Shown piece by piece: positions 55,577 to 64,000 of a stretch of DNA of 64,000 nucleotides. Origin of the DNA: Oculatellaceae cyanobacterium bins.114. Its GTDB lineage: Bacteria > Cyanobacteriota > Cyanobacteriia > Elainellales > Elainellaceae. The first letter of the stretch is position 1. Every line of letters starts with the position of its first letter. Position numbers and translations under genes: made by a program. The stretch lies in assembly GCA_033764315.1 (NCBI GenBank), contig JANRJA010000086.1, positions 1 to 64,000 on the forward strand, written 5' to 3'. The notes beneath the pieces are model-generated. The model was not told the DNA's origin. It was given only the letters and a program-made list of their open reading frames with translations, and searched no databases.

Positions 55577-57601
55577 TTAGTCCTCTGATGTAGAAACAGA
55601 GGAGCGGCGGCGACGGCGGCGACGATTAACACCACCATCTTCAGCTTCCGCTTCAGGGTCAGACGCATAAGAAGGAGTCGATTCTTCAATGTCAGTCACC
55701 GCCATCACTGCCTCTGACGGGAGCTGTTGCTCTTCTGCTTCTGTTTCCACCTCTTCCTCAACAGGGGTTTCTTCAACAGCTGGAATCAGAGTTACTACTG
55801 AACCATTGCCTAACTTCGCACCTTCACCGGGCAATGCAACTTTGACCACAACTGACTTTGGATCCTTCACTGACTCTGTCGTCAAAATCAGGGGTGAAAT
55901 TCCCATCAAGGCATAAACCTCCTGCTCATCAGGAGTCATTTCAACACTAATGATTTGAGGAGGTTCAGGAGCATGCTTTTCACGCCCACGAGGTGGACGA
56001 TTACGCTCTGTTTTCTCAAGTCGATTTTCTTTGGGTGCTAACGTTGGTGCAGGAATTGTAAAGGGTTCCTCTGGGGTAAATCCATCCCCTTCTGCATCTA
56101 GTTCTGGTTTCAGACCGTTAATTTTAGGAACTGGTTCACCAATGCGACCCCGACTGCGGCGACGGCGACGGTTATCACCACGACCTCGCTCTTGATAGTT
56201 CGGGTGGTTCATGAGAGACAACTCTTGCAAATCTGACGCTGGCTCAGCGTCAAACTCTTCATTGCTACTGCTACTCTCCCAAGTCTCTTGAAACTGAGGC
56301 AAGCGAGGCTGAGGTTGAGGAATCGAACGAGTTACAGCTTCTATCGGTTCTGTGAGCCGTTCAGCTTCACCAGGTAAGTGAACCAAATGCCCTAACCCGC
56401 CACAGGTCGTACAAGGACGTCCAAATAATTCGTAAATGTTTTGTCCCTGCCGCTTACGAGTGAGTTCGACCAGTCCTAATTCTGTCAACTGAGCAATTTG
56501 AGGACGGGCTTTGTCAGCTCGTAAGGCTTTGTTAAATTGTTCAAGGACTTGCAATTGGTCACGCCGAGAGTCCATGTCAATGAAATCAATAATGATTACT
56601 CCGGCAATATTTCGCAGTCGCAATTGACGAGCAATTTCTAGGGCAGCTTCACAGTTAGTCCACAAGACTGTTTCGCGAGCAGTGGCAGAGCGGGTAAAAG
56701 ACCCAGAGTTGACATCAATCACTGTTAACGCTTCTGTGCGTTCGATAATGATGTAGCCACCAGAGGGCAGATCTACTCTTGGCTTGAGGGCCTCTCGAAT
56801 TGCCGCATTGACTCGGAAGTACTCCAAGATAGAAACGCGATCGCGGTGGTGATCAATTAACACCCCTTGAGGCGATCGCCCACCGCTCCAGTTCATTAAA
56901 TGTTGCTTGACTCGCTTCATCCCCGTATGCGAATCAACGACAATGCGGTTTACATCAGCACTGTAAACATCTCGCAAAACTCGTTGAATAAAATCATCGT
57001 CTCGATTTAGCAAACTGGGGGCACGGGTCGTCAGGGCCTCTTGCCGAATGTTTTCCCACTGTTTTTGCAGCGATTCTAGATCTTCCATAATGGCTTCTTC
57101 TGCCATTCCTTCTGCTTCAGTGCGGACGAGTAACCCCATTCCAGCAGGTTTAATTAGAACCGCCAACGCTCTCAACCGATTTCGCTCATTCTCGTTGCGA
57201 ATGCGCCTGGAAAGATTTACACCGCGACCAGAGGGCATCAATACTAAATAACGACCCGGAAGACTGACATTTCCGGTTAACCGAGGCCCCTTATTGCCCG
57301 TTGGCTCTTTCATCACCTGCACCAACACTTTTTGTTGGGGTTCTAGCAATTCGGTAATAGAGCCAGCCGCCCGCTTGAGCCGGAGTGGGCCCAAGTCAGT
57401 CACGTGGATAAATCCGTTCCGCTCGGTGTCCCCTAAATTAACAAATGCTGCATCAATCCCAGGTAATACATTCTCGACAACTCCTAAATAGATGTCACCG
57501 ACTTGGTGACTGCCGGTTGCAACAATTAATTCTTGAATCTGGTCTTCTGAAAAAACAGCAGCAATCCGATGTTGTTCTGCAATAATGATTTGCTTCGACA
57601 T
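55577..57601 (-). CDS. rne: Ribonuclease E/G
   Basis: S1 domain, TEALTVIDVNSG, IIDFIDM, CTTC; C-terminal RRRRRRSS. Confidence 0.95.
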   Translation of the reverse strand: MSKQIIIAEQHRIAAVFSEDQIQELIVATGSHQVGDIYLGVVENVLPGIDAAFVNLGDTERNGFIHVTDLGPLRLKRAAGSITELLEPQQKVLVQVMKEPTGNKGPRLTGNVSLPGRYLVLMPSGRGVNLSRRIRNENERNRLRALAVLIKPAGMGLLVRTEAEGMAEEAIMEDLESLQKQWENIRQEALTTRAPSLLNRDDDFIQRVLRDVYSADVNRIVVDSHTGMKRVKQHLMNWSGGRSPQGVLIDHHRDRVSILEYFRVNAAIREALKPRVDLPSGGYIIIERTEALTVIDVNSGSFTRSATARETVLWTNCEAALEIARQLRLRNIAGVIIIDFIDMDSRRDQLQVLEQFNKALRADKARPQIAQLTELGLVELTRKRQGQNIYELFGRPCTTCGGLGHLVHLPGEAERLTEPIEAVTRSIPQPQPRLPQFQETWESSSSNEEFDAEPASDLQELSLMNHPNYQERGRGDNRRRRRSRGRIGEPVPKINGLKPELDAEGDGFTPEEPFTIPAPTLAPKENRLEKTERNRPPRGREKHAPEPPQIISVEMTPDEQEVYALMGISPLILTTESVKDPKSVVVKVALPGEGAKLGNGSVVTLIPAVEETPVEEEVETEAEEQQLPSEAVMAVTDIEESTPSYASDPEAEAEDGGVNRRRRRRRSSVSTSED

Positions 57602-58123
57602 TCAATTTCCTCAAAAAGTGGCTGCACAGAAGGCACAATCTCAATGGGTACCATTCTGTGAAAAGTTAAGACTGAAAAACAAACGAAAAATTCTGACATA
57701 TAGGGAGGCGATGAAGCTGCTCCAACCTAGTAAATGCCACATCGTTCACCAAGCCAAATTGGCTGAACGCAGTGACGAACGATTAAGCAACCGTCCATCG
57801 AACAATTCTTGGAAAGATACCTTATCCCTAAGAACCAGGCACCCAACTGAACCAAGATGGAAAACTAAAGTGTTACAGATGCGACTGACCCCACTCTCAT
57901 TACCGATTGAACCACTGGCAACCGCTTGGGCTTCTGATCTGCAACAGCTTCTATTAGTCAAGCATTATAGCGTGCAGTGACGAATCCGCTATTAAAAGTG
58001 AACGATTCGTGAAAAAATGCTCGGAAAATCACAGGAACCAACGTCTCAGGGAGAAGTCACCCTCACCCCCACCATATCTCAAGCGATGCTGTGTTGGGTA
58101 GGGATAGACCCAACGAAACGAGT

Positions 58124-60802
58124 TTAGAGGTCACCTAATATCAGTTGATGACGATGACTATGGCGCAGTTGAAATTGCCGTTGAGACACCTGCTCTAGCA
58201 TGTAAATGACGTGCTCTGGGCGCAGCAGCGTGCCGTCATTGCGGCAACTACCTCTGTAATGCAGGGTCACCAGAGACGCTGTTAACGTTGTCAGAGATAG
58301 CAACTCCTCAGGCGTTTGATCTGGGTTGAGGCACTCTAAGCAAAACAGGCGATCGCGCAAGTTGACTATGCGCTTTTTACCCGATTTACTAGTTTGTTCC
58401 CACTCAATCACATCCATTGCCTGCACCGCATCAATCCAGGTCTGCCAATCAGCATCACTTGGAGCGATCTCAGACTCACTCTCTAAGACGGGACTGAGAA
58501 CTATGTGATAGTCAGCACGATCAAGCAATTGCGTTGCCGAGGGCGCATCAACCGCGATCGCCTCGACTCGGTAAACTGGCATTTCGGCTGGGAGCTGAGC
58601 CGATAATTTGGCTTGAAACTCCGCTACATCCATCACTTCAGTGAGTTCAAAATCCACAATTTCTCCAGAACTCGTGGTGCCCAACGGTAAAGCACTCGCA
58701 GGAGAAATGCGTGGATTTGGATGAAACCCTCCAGTAAAAGCGATAGGCAGCGCAGCACGGCGCACTACCCGTTCAAATAACCGCACCAAGTCTAAATGGC
58801 TGACCAATGCCATATCTCCCCGTTTACCGTGCCACACCCGCAACCGTTGCACCCGTCGTTGATTAGGAACAAACTCTCCAGCAAAAACTGGAATCGGAGG
58901 TGGAGGAATGACGATATTATGTCCAAAATCGGGTCCACAAATCCCACAGTGAGAACATCCTTCAAAGGAGCAATCAGGAACGATCGCGGCCTCTAATGCT
59001 CGTTGTAGATCCTGCTTGAGCCAGTCTTTGTCAATTCCAGTGTCAAGATGGTCCCAGGGAAGAGGGGCGTCTAATGAGGTCGCGAGGGAAAAGTGAGAAA
59101 CAGATAAGGAAGGGTCAAAGACATTCCATTCACCATTCTCGATTTGGCGATATTTCCAGGTCAGATCAGACTCTTCGATTGCTCCAGTCCAAGCTGCAAA
59201 AGCACAGTCTAAATTCTCCCACCAGGCATCCATGCCTGCTCCTAGCTCCCAAGCTCGGCGAACAACGCTAGCAAGACGGCGATCGCCTCGTCCTACAAAA
59301 TCTTCCATCGCTGAAATCCGCACATCTGTGAAATTGGCTTTTAAGCCACGAATGCTGCGAAACTCGCGTCGTAATAGCTCCTGCTTGCGCTTAAACTCTG
59401 TTGTTGAAACCGAATGCCACTGAAAGGGAGTGTGTGGCTTAGGGGTGAAGTTAGAGATGGTCACATTGAAACTGATGCGTTTGCGACCGGGGATATAGCA
59501 CTCCTGTTGCAACCAACGAATCGTTTCTGCAACACCCACTACATCCACATCCGTTTCACCCGGCAGACCGATCATGAAATAGAGTTTGATTTTATCCCAA
59601 CCCTGCTCATATGCCGTTTTGACTCCCCTCAGCAACTCCTCATTGGTCAGTCCTTTGTTGACAATATCACGCAGTCGTTGGGTGCCTGCTTCAGGTGCAA
59701 AGGTAATACTACCTTGACGAGCACCACCCAAAATATGGGCAATATTTTCATCAAAGCGATCGACTCGTTGGCTCGGCAAACTTAGGGAAATATTGTCATT
59801 TTGCAATCGATTTTTGATCTCTGTGCCAATCGCAGGCAACGCTAAATAATCAGAACAACTGAGAGACAACAGCGAAAACTCGTTGTATCCTGTTGCCCGC
59901 ATGCCCTGCTCAATAGCCTCGATCACCTGATCAGGCTCAACATCCCGTGCTGGACGAGTCAGCATTCCTGGCTGACAAAACCGACATCCCCGGGTGCACC
60001 CCCGACGAATCTCGATTGTCAAGCGATCGTGTACGGTTTCTACATAAGGCACCAGACCAATTGAATACGCCGGAATAGGAGTTGCTACACGTCGCAAAAT
60101 CCGCGCAGGCACATCGTCTCGATTGCGTTGCACAGAGCCATCTGGATGCATGTCATAGAACTGAGGCACGTAAACACCAGGAATCTGAGCCAGATCGAGC
60201 AATAAATCTGCTCGGCTCAGTCCAGCTAGCTTGCCTTCCTCTAAAACTAGTCCAATCTCAGGGAGCAGTTCCTCGCCATCTCCTAAAGCAATGAAATCAA
60301 AGAAATCAGCATAGGGTTCTGGATTAGAAGTTGCCGTCTGTCCTCCTGCAAAGATCAGTGGGTAGCTTCCTTGCTCTACAGCCCATGCACCCGATCTATG
60401 ACGCTCCTGTGAGGTCAGAGGAATTTTGGCTAAATCCAACATCTCTAAAATGTTGGTCGCCCCTAACTCATAACTCAGGCTAAAGCCTAAAATATCGAAA
60501 TCAATTAGCGATCGCCTCGACTCCACAGCAAATAAGGGAGTTTGAGTTGCCCGCAACTGAGCGGCCAGATCAGGAGCAGGCAGATAAGCGCGATCGCACA
60601 ACTGGCGAGGCTGAGCATTAAGAATGCTGTAGAGAATAATGTGCCCTAAGTTAGACGCACCTACTTCATAAATTTCAGGGTATGTCAGTACCCACCGAAC
60701 CACTGCATCATTCCAGGGTTTGTGAACCGCGCCCAATTCGTTACCCAAATAACGAGCCGGACGAGCAATCTCAGAGGTCAATAAAGAATTAACAGCAGTC
60801 AC
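58124..60802 (-). CDS. TIGR03960-type radical SAM protein fused to a radical SAM-linked (TIGR03936/DUF2344-like) domain
   Basis: PARYLGNELG, RGCTRGCRFC, SHLDLVRLF..FTGGFHP. Confidence 0.88.
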   Translation of the reverse strand: MTAVNSLLTSEIARPARYLGNELGAVHKPWNDAVVRWVLTYPEIYEVGASNLGHIILYSILNAQPRQLCDRAYLPAPDLAAQLRATQTPLFAVESRRSLIDFDILGFSLSYELGATNILEMLDLAKIPLTSQERHRSGAWAVEQGSYPLIFAGGQTATSNPEPYADFFDFIALGDGEELLPEIGLVLEEGKLAGLSRADLLLDLAQIPGVYVPQFYDMHPDGSVQRNRDDVPARILRRVATPIPAYSIGLVPYVETVHDRLTIEIRRGCTRGCRFCQPGMLTRPARDVEPDQVIEAIEQGMRATGYNEFSLLSLSCSDYLALPAIGTEIKNRLQNDNISLSLPSQRVDRFDENIAHILGGARQGSITFAPEAGTQRLRDIVNKGLTNEELLRGVKTAYEQGWDKIKLYFMIGLPGETDVDVVGVAETIRWLQQECYIPGRKRISFNVTISNFTPKPHTPFQWHSVSTTEFKRKQELLRREFRSIRGLKANFTDVRISAMEDFVGRGDRRLASVVRRAWELGAGMDAWWENLDCAFAAWTGAIEESDLTWKYRQIENGEWNVFDPSLSVSHFSLATSLDAPLPWDHLDTGIDKDWLKQDLQRALEAAIVPDCSFEGCSHCGICGPDFGHNIVIPPPPIPVFAGEFVPNQRRVQRLRVWHGKRGDMALVSHLDLVRLFERVVRRAALPIAFTGGFHPNPRISPASALPLGTTSSGEIVDFELTEVMDVAEFQAKLSAQLPAEMPVYRVEAIAVDAPSATQLLDRADYHIVLSPVLESESEIAPSDADWQTWIDAVQAMDVIEWEQTSKSGKKRIVNLRDRLFCLECLNPDQTPEELLSLTTLTASLVTLHYRGSCRNDGTLLRPEHVIYMLEQVSQRQFQLRHSHRHQLILGDL

Positions 60803-60903
60803 AACGGTGGGTTACCCTCGGCAACTCTAGCGAACTTCACTGATCCACTATACCGAATGCTCACCTTTATCGTTGAACCTTAAAACCCAAAGCGGGTTGA
60901 AAA

Positions 60904-61239
60904 TTAAGCGATCGCCATTTCAAAGGCAGCGCGATCGTCAAAAATCTCAAATACTCGGTCTAGCTGAGTCAGCTCAAAAATAATACGACTTGATGGAGAG
61001 ACACCACAAAGCCCTAATCGCTTATCAAGTCGTTGAGCTAACGAAAGGGCCGTTACTAAAGCAACCAAACCCGCACTGTCTAAAGACTCAACTTCGCTCA
61101 TATCCACCAAGAGGGCAGAGCACTGACTGGATGAAACAGATGTTGTCAACTCCTGTTGAAAGTCTGCCGCATTAGCTGCATTGAGATGACCGCAAGGCTG
61201 AATGACTGCCATTTGGGAGTGAGATAGCACGTTTTGCAT
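60904..61239 (-). CDS. STAS domain anti-sigma factor antagonist
   Basis: LLVDMSEVESLDSAGL, IFELTQLDRVF. Confidence 0.9.
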   Translation of the reverse strand: MQNVLSHSQMAVIQPCGHLNAANAADFQQELTTSVSSSQCSALLVDMSEVESLDSAGLVALVTALSLAQRLDKRLGLCGVSPSSRIIFELTQLDRVFEIFDDRAAFEMAIA

Positions 61240-61817
61240 CGTCCAAGTCCTACAAATCTACTTAGCAATTGGTGAATCGCCCTTAACAGATGATTCCGAG
61301 AATAACCGCACTTTTCCGGACAGAGCTAGAAGCTTCGACCAAATTCGTCAAAACTTTATCTGTCAACCCCTATTGTTTAAAGTTTTCAGTAAGTATTTCC
61401 ACCAGGAAGTGTAAGAGAATACGTTTTTTCAAGCTTTTTAGGGGTTTAAGGGTTGAATCTGTCCAATTTTTGATAAAGAGCAGATAAAGCAATTCTTAAA
61501 GCAAATTTTCGTTTAGTCAAGTTTTGCTGCATAAAACAACTAATTTTTACAGTTAAAATCTGGTTTTTCCTCCTCAGGATAGTTTCATTGCCCCCCCTGC
61601 AAAGGTTATCTGAACAGATATCAAAACTCTTAGTCCGCCCATAACTCTAATTAGGGCTGTGATGAGGGGCTGTGATTCTGGGGTGCAATAATCTCCGAGA
61701 TTCGGCTGTGATTGTAATCACTCAAGCTTCACTCTTCGGATCACTTCCTCTACTAAATATCCAGCAGAGAATGCGTACTAGAAGAACACTACTCACTCGC
61801 CTGAAAAGGTACTGGTT

Positions 61818-62012
61818 ATGAAAACTACGTGTGTCATTCGTAAACTTGTGGAGCAGGCTCTCCAAATTAAACAGTTAACGCCTGATATTGAGAATGAGAT
61901 TAACTATGAACTCACTCGCTTAGGATATGTTTCTGATGTTGACTATGAAGCATTAGAACTATTGATGTCAGAGATGGATGCAGGTCGCGTTCGCCTGGTT
62001 CCTAATCCGTAG
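61818..62012 (+). CDS. Small conserved-looking hypothetical protein
   Basis: AAAGGT SD; IRKLVEQAL..LT...E..I pattern seen in small cyanobacterial proteins. Confidence 0.7.
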   Translation: MKTTCVIRKLVEQALQIKQLTPDIENEINYELTRLGYVSDVDYEALELLMSEMDAGRVRLVPNP

Positions 62013-62347
62013 TCCCATAAAATTTCTTTTCTAAGGTGTCATCCTAAAGCTTTTAAACTAAAACCTTCAAATTCATCGCTGTGCCAATCAAGGCGATCGC
62101 TCCTGGGGAAACTGTTCTGTATTGCCCCAGCCCCTTCAATAAAACTCTGGTATATCCCAAATTTAACTAAATCTTTACTATTCCGCCCTGATGACGCTTT
62201 AAGAGCAAATGCGCTAGGTCGATTTAGGGTTTTGCACATGAATTCGCTTCAACTATTCCTACCCTAAAGATCGCCTCTAATTCGGGCAAACAAACTTTAA
62301 AACCCATTCAACATCAGCCAAAACGTATATTGTTATTGTGCTTTGGT

Positions 62348-62743
62348 TCAAGTACGAGTCGCTTGGAAGGTTTGAGGATGAGCCTGCCAAAGACGATGAA
62401 TAAATGCTTGCAACTGCCGACGGGCACTATGATCCACGTCCAGTTGTAGTTTAGACTCACCTAGCTCTACTAAAAGCGGAATCACCTCAGTATCGAGCGA
62501 TGCCCGAAATAGAGAACTAGGACACAACAGATCAGCCCCCTGCCGCAAGTCATACAAAATTGGGGCACTGGGTGTGTCTGTTGAAGAAGCTGGAAGTACC
62601 GAAGACATAACTTTTAACACAATCGGTCGCGCCCAGCATAAGTGACGATCAGGTATCACCTGAATCACCTCTGAATATAGACATGCCTCTTCAAACTCAA
62701 TACAAAGAATCTCAGAAGGGTAAAAGCTTGGATTTAGCTCCAT
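62348..62743 (-). CDS. Hypothetical protein
   Basis: LYSEVIQV...R.LCWARP, YDLRQGADLL.P..LFR..LDTEV pattern; AAGG SD. Confidence 0.75.
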   Translation of the reverse strand: MELNPSFYPSEILCIEFEEACLYSEVIQVIPDRHLCWARPIVLKVMSSVLPASSTDTPSAPILYDLRQGADLLCPSSLFRASLDTEVIPLLVELGESKLQLDVDHSARRQLQAFIHRLWQAHPQTFQATRT

Positions 62744-62846
62744 TGCAAAACAAGATAAGGAAATCGATTTGATCCTATAACGTCTCCAGCGATCGCCGTT
62801 TCAGTGAGAACGGGTGCAAGGAATCTTAGCGTCAGTACTCAAGCAA

Positions 62847-62888
62847 AGGGTGGAATCCCTGCAACTGTCCCAACTCTTCAGTTGCTAT
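62847..62888 (+). repeat. Partial copy of MITE-like family A
   Basis: CCCTGCA..CCAACTCTTCAGTTGCTA matches one end of copy 3 (reverse complement). Confidence 0.55.
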
Positions 62889-63025
62889 ACCTTACGATCA
62901 TACTGAACTACGTTGAAGGTCAGTCCAGCGAGATGCGCAGCAATAGTTGAATCAACTCTAAAATGTTATAAATATTTAGGGAAATACGAAAAAGCTGATT
63001 ATCGTCTTCGGAGAGGATTGGAGCA

Positions 63026-63307
63026 GTGGCAGTCGAAACGATTCAACAGCAGTCAACTATCCGCAAACATGCACCCCAATATCGGGTGCTATTGCACAAC
63101 GACGATTACAACTCAATGGAGTATGTCGTCATGGCTTTGCTAAAAACCGTAACAAGTTTGACACAACCTCAAGCTGTCAACATCATGATGGAGGCTCATA
63201 CCAACGGCATTGCATTAGTGATTGTCTGCGCTCAAGAGCATGCAGAGTTTTACAGTGAATCCTTAAAGGCTCAAGGCTTAATGAGTACAATTGAGCCTGA
63301 CGAGTAA
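63026..63307 (+). CDS. clpS: ATP-dependent Clp protease adaptor ClpS
   Basis: YRVLLHNDDYNSMEYVV, MMEAH..G. Confidence 0.95.
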   Translation: MAVETIQQQSTIRKHAPQYRVLLHNDDYNSMEYVVMALLKTVTSLTQPQAVNIMMEAHTNGIALVIVCAQEHAEFYSESLKAQGLMSTIEPDE

Positions 63308-63337
63308 TTGCCCCATTCACCATTTTTGTTAGGGCTC

Positions 63338-63727
63338 ATGTTAGGCACATTTCAACAAAGTCATCTTCGTATTGAAGTCGAAGCATCTGAGGCAGCAATT
63401 CGAGATAGCTTGATGCGCCCAGAACAATTTCAACGGTGGATGTTTCCGCAGCAATTTTCCCCAGGGTTGCCCGATCAATTACAGGTTGGCACTGTTTTTA
63501 CTAGCCGACTAGGCCCTGTTGCTGTGCGACATCATGTCCAAACCATTACCTCTAATGGCTTATGTTTGCTCATGAATCAGGGTATTGATGGATGCCACCG
63601 CTGGAGTTGGGGAGACGGATGGGTGCAATCTTGCTTAGAAGGCGTTTCTCTTTTGCCTTTAAATCTAGGACAAACTCTGAGCTTGATTCGACTGCGAGAG
63701 TTTTTAAAGAATCCCCCTCAAACCTAG
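63338..63727 (+). CDS. Hypothetical SRPBCC-like protein
   Basis: MLGTFQQSHLRIEVEAS; GIDG.H.W.WGDGWVQS.LEG. Confidence 0.7.
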   Translation: MLGTFQQSHLRIEVEASEAAIRDSLMRPEQFQRWMFPQQFSPGLPDQLQVGTVFTSRLGPVAVRHHVQTITSNGLCLLMNQGIDGCHRWSWGDGWVQSCLEGVSLLPLNLGQTLSLIRLREFLKNPPQT

Positions 63728-63861
63728 TTCCTATCAACCAAGGAGCAGAGCAGCCAAACGCAGCTTCTCTCTCACCAGTTTCAAGGACTAGCAGATGAGG
63801 TATTGGCGGCCAGCAGACTCTCTACTTAATATCTAGAGTGATGTTGGTCTGCTAATACGGT

Positions 63862-64000
63862 TTAGGGTTCTTGTTCTAAATTTCCTCGTACTCGTAAACG
63901 GACTGAATCTCCATGAGAGGGCAATCCCTCTGCTTTAGTTAGAGTTTCGATCGCCCCAGAAACTTGCTGGAGAGCAGTAGGTGAATATTGAATGAGACTG
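63862..64000 (-). CDS. hisD: Histidinol dehydrogenase, 3' end only (gene runs out of the window)
   Basis: Manual translation SLIQYSPTALQQVSGAIETLTKAEGLPSHGDSVRLRVRGNLEQEP*; AEGL..H..SV..R is the HisD C-terminal signature. Confidence 0.8.
   Translation of the reverse strand, partial: SLIQYSPTALQQVSGAIETLTKAEGLPSHGDSVRLRVRGNLEQEP

Larger units (their letters stand above)
1..64000. repeat. HIP1 palindrome GCGATCGC dispersed at high density throughout the window
   Basis: Many perfect copies, e.g. 11874, 11922, 12147, 27712, 28992, 29484; a hallmark of many cyanobacterial genomes. Confidence 0.95.

Noticed and set aside
57585..57980. 131-aa plus-strand ORF upstream of rne
   Set aside because: Antisense to the rne leader and start; no motif or SD
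62800..62900. Possible cobalamin riboswitch (GGTGGAATCC..ACTGTCCC..AACT)
   Set aside because: Lacks the GGGAA and B12-box elements; better explained as a fragment of MITE family A

Overview
This is chromosomal DNA from a cyanobacterium, most likely a filamentous Leptolyngbya/Oculatella-like lineage (inferred from very frequent HIP1 GCGATCGC and the gene content). The left part holds a sucrose locus (c-di-AMP/ydaO-type riboswitch upstream of a sucrose-phosphate synthase, with a convergent alkaline/neutral invertase), rbp3 with an upstream PsrR1-like sRNA, an HtpX-like M48 protein with degenerate zinc ligands, a PEP-CTERM protein, dnaK3-dnaJ and chlD. An accessory-looking stretch (~17-30 kb) contains an HTH-NB-ARC-14xWD40 STAND gene divergent from a small NfeD gene across a spacer with phased CTCACTT repeats and two tandem NtcA-like boxes. 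It also has an M1 peptidase-DUF4114 fusion, a Ser/Thr kinase split by an intact 1264-bp IS with a TTAA duplication, and an AT-rich ankyrin + unknown gene pair. The right half is mostly housekeeping (mscL, ebsA, argG, pdhB, Fd-GOGAT, rpsL-rpsG-fusA-tuf-rpsJ, pheA, rnhB, rne, radical SAM, clpS, 3' end of hisD). Several MITE/REP-like families lie in intergenic regions. I found no CRISPR array, rRNA or tRNA. Family names come from recognised motifs, not database searches.
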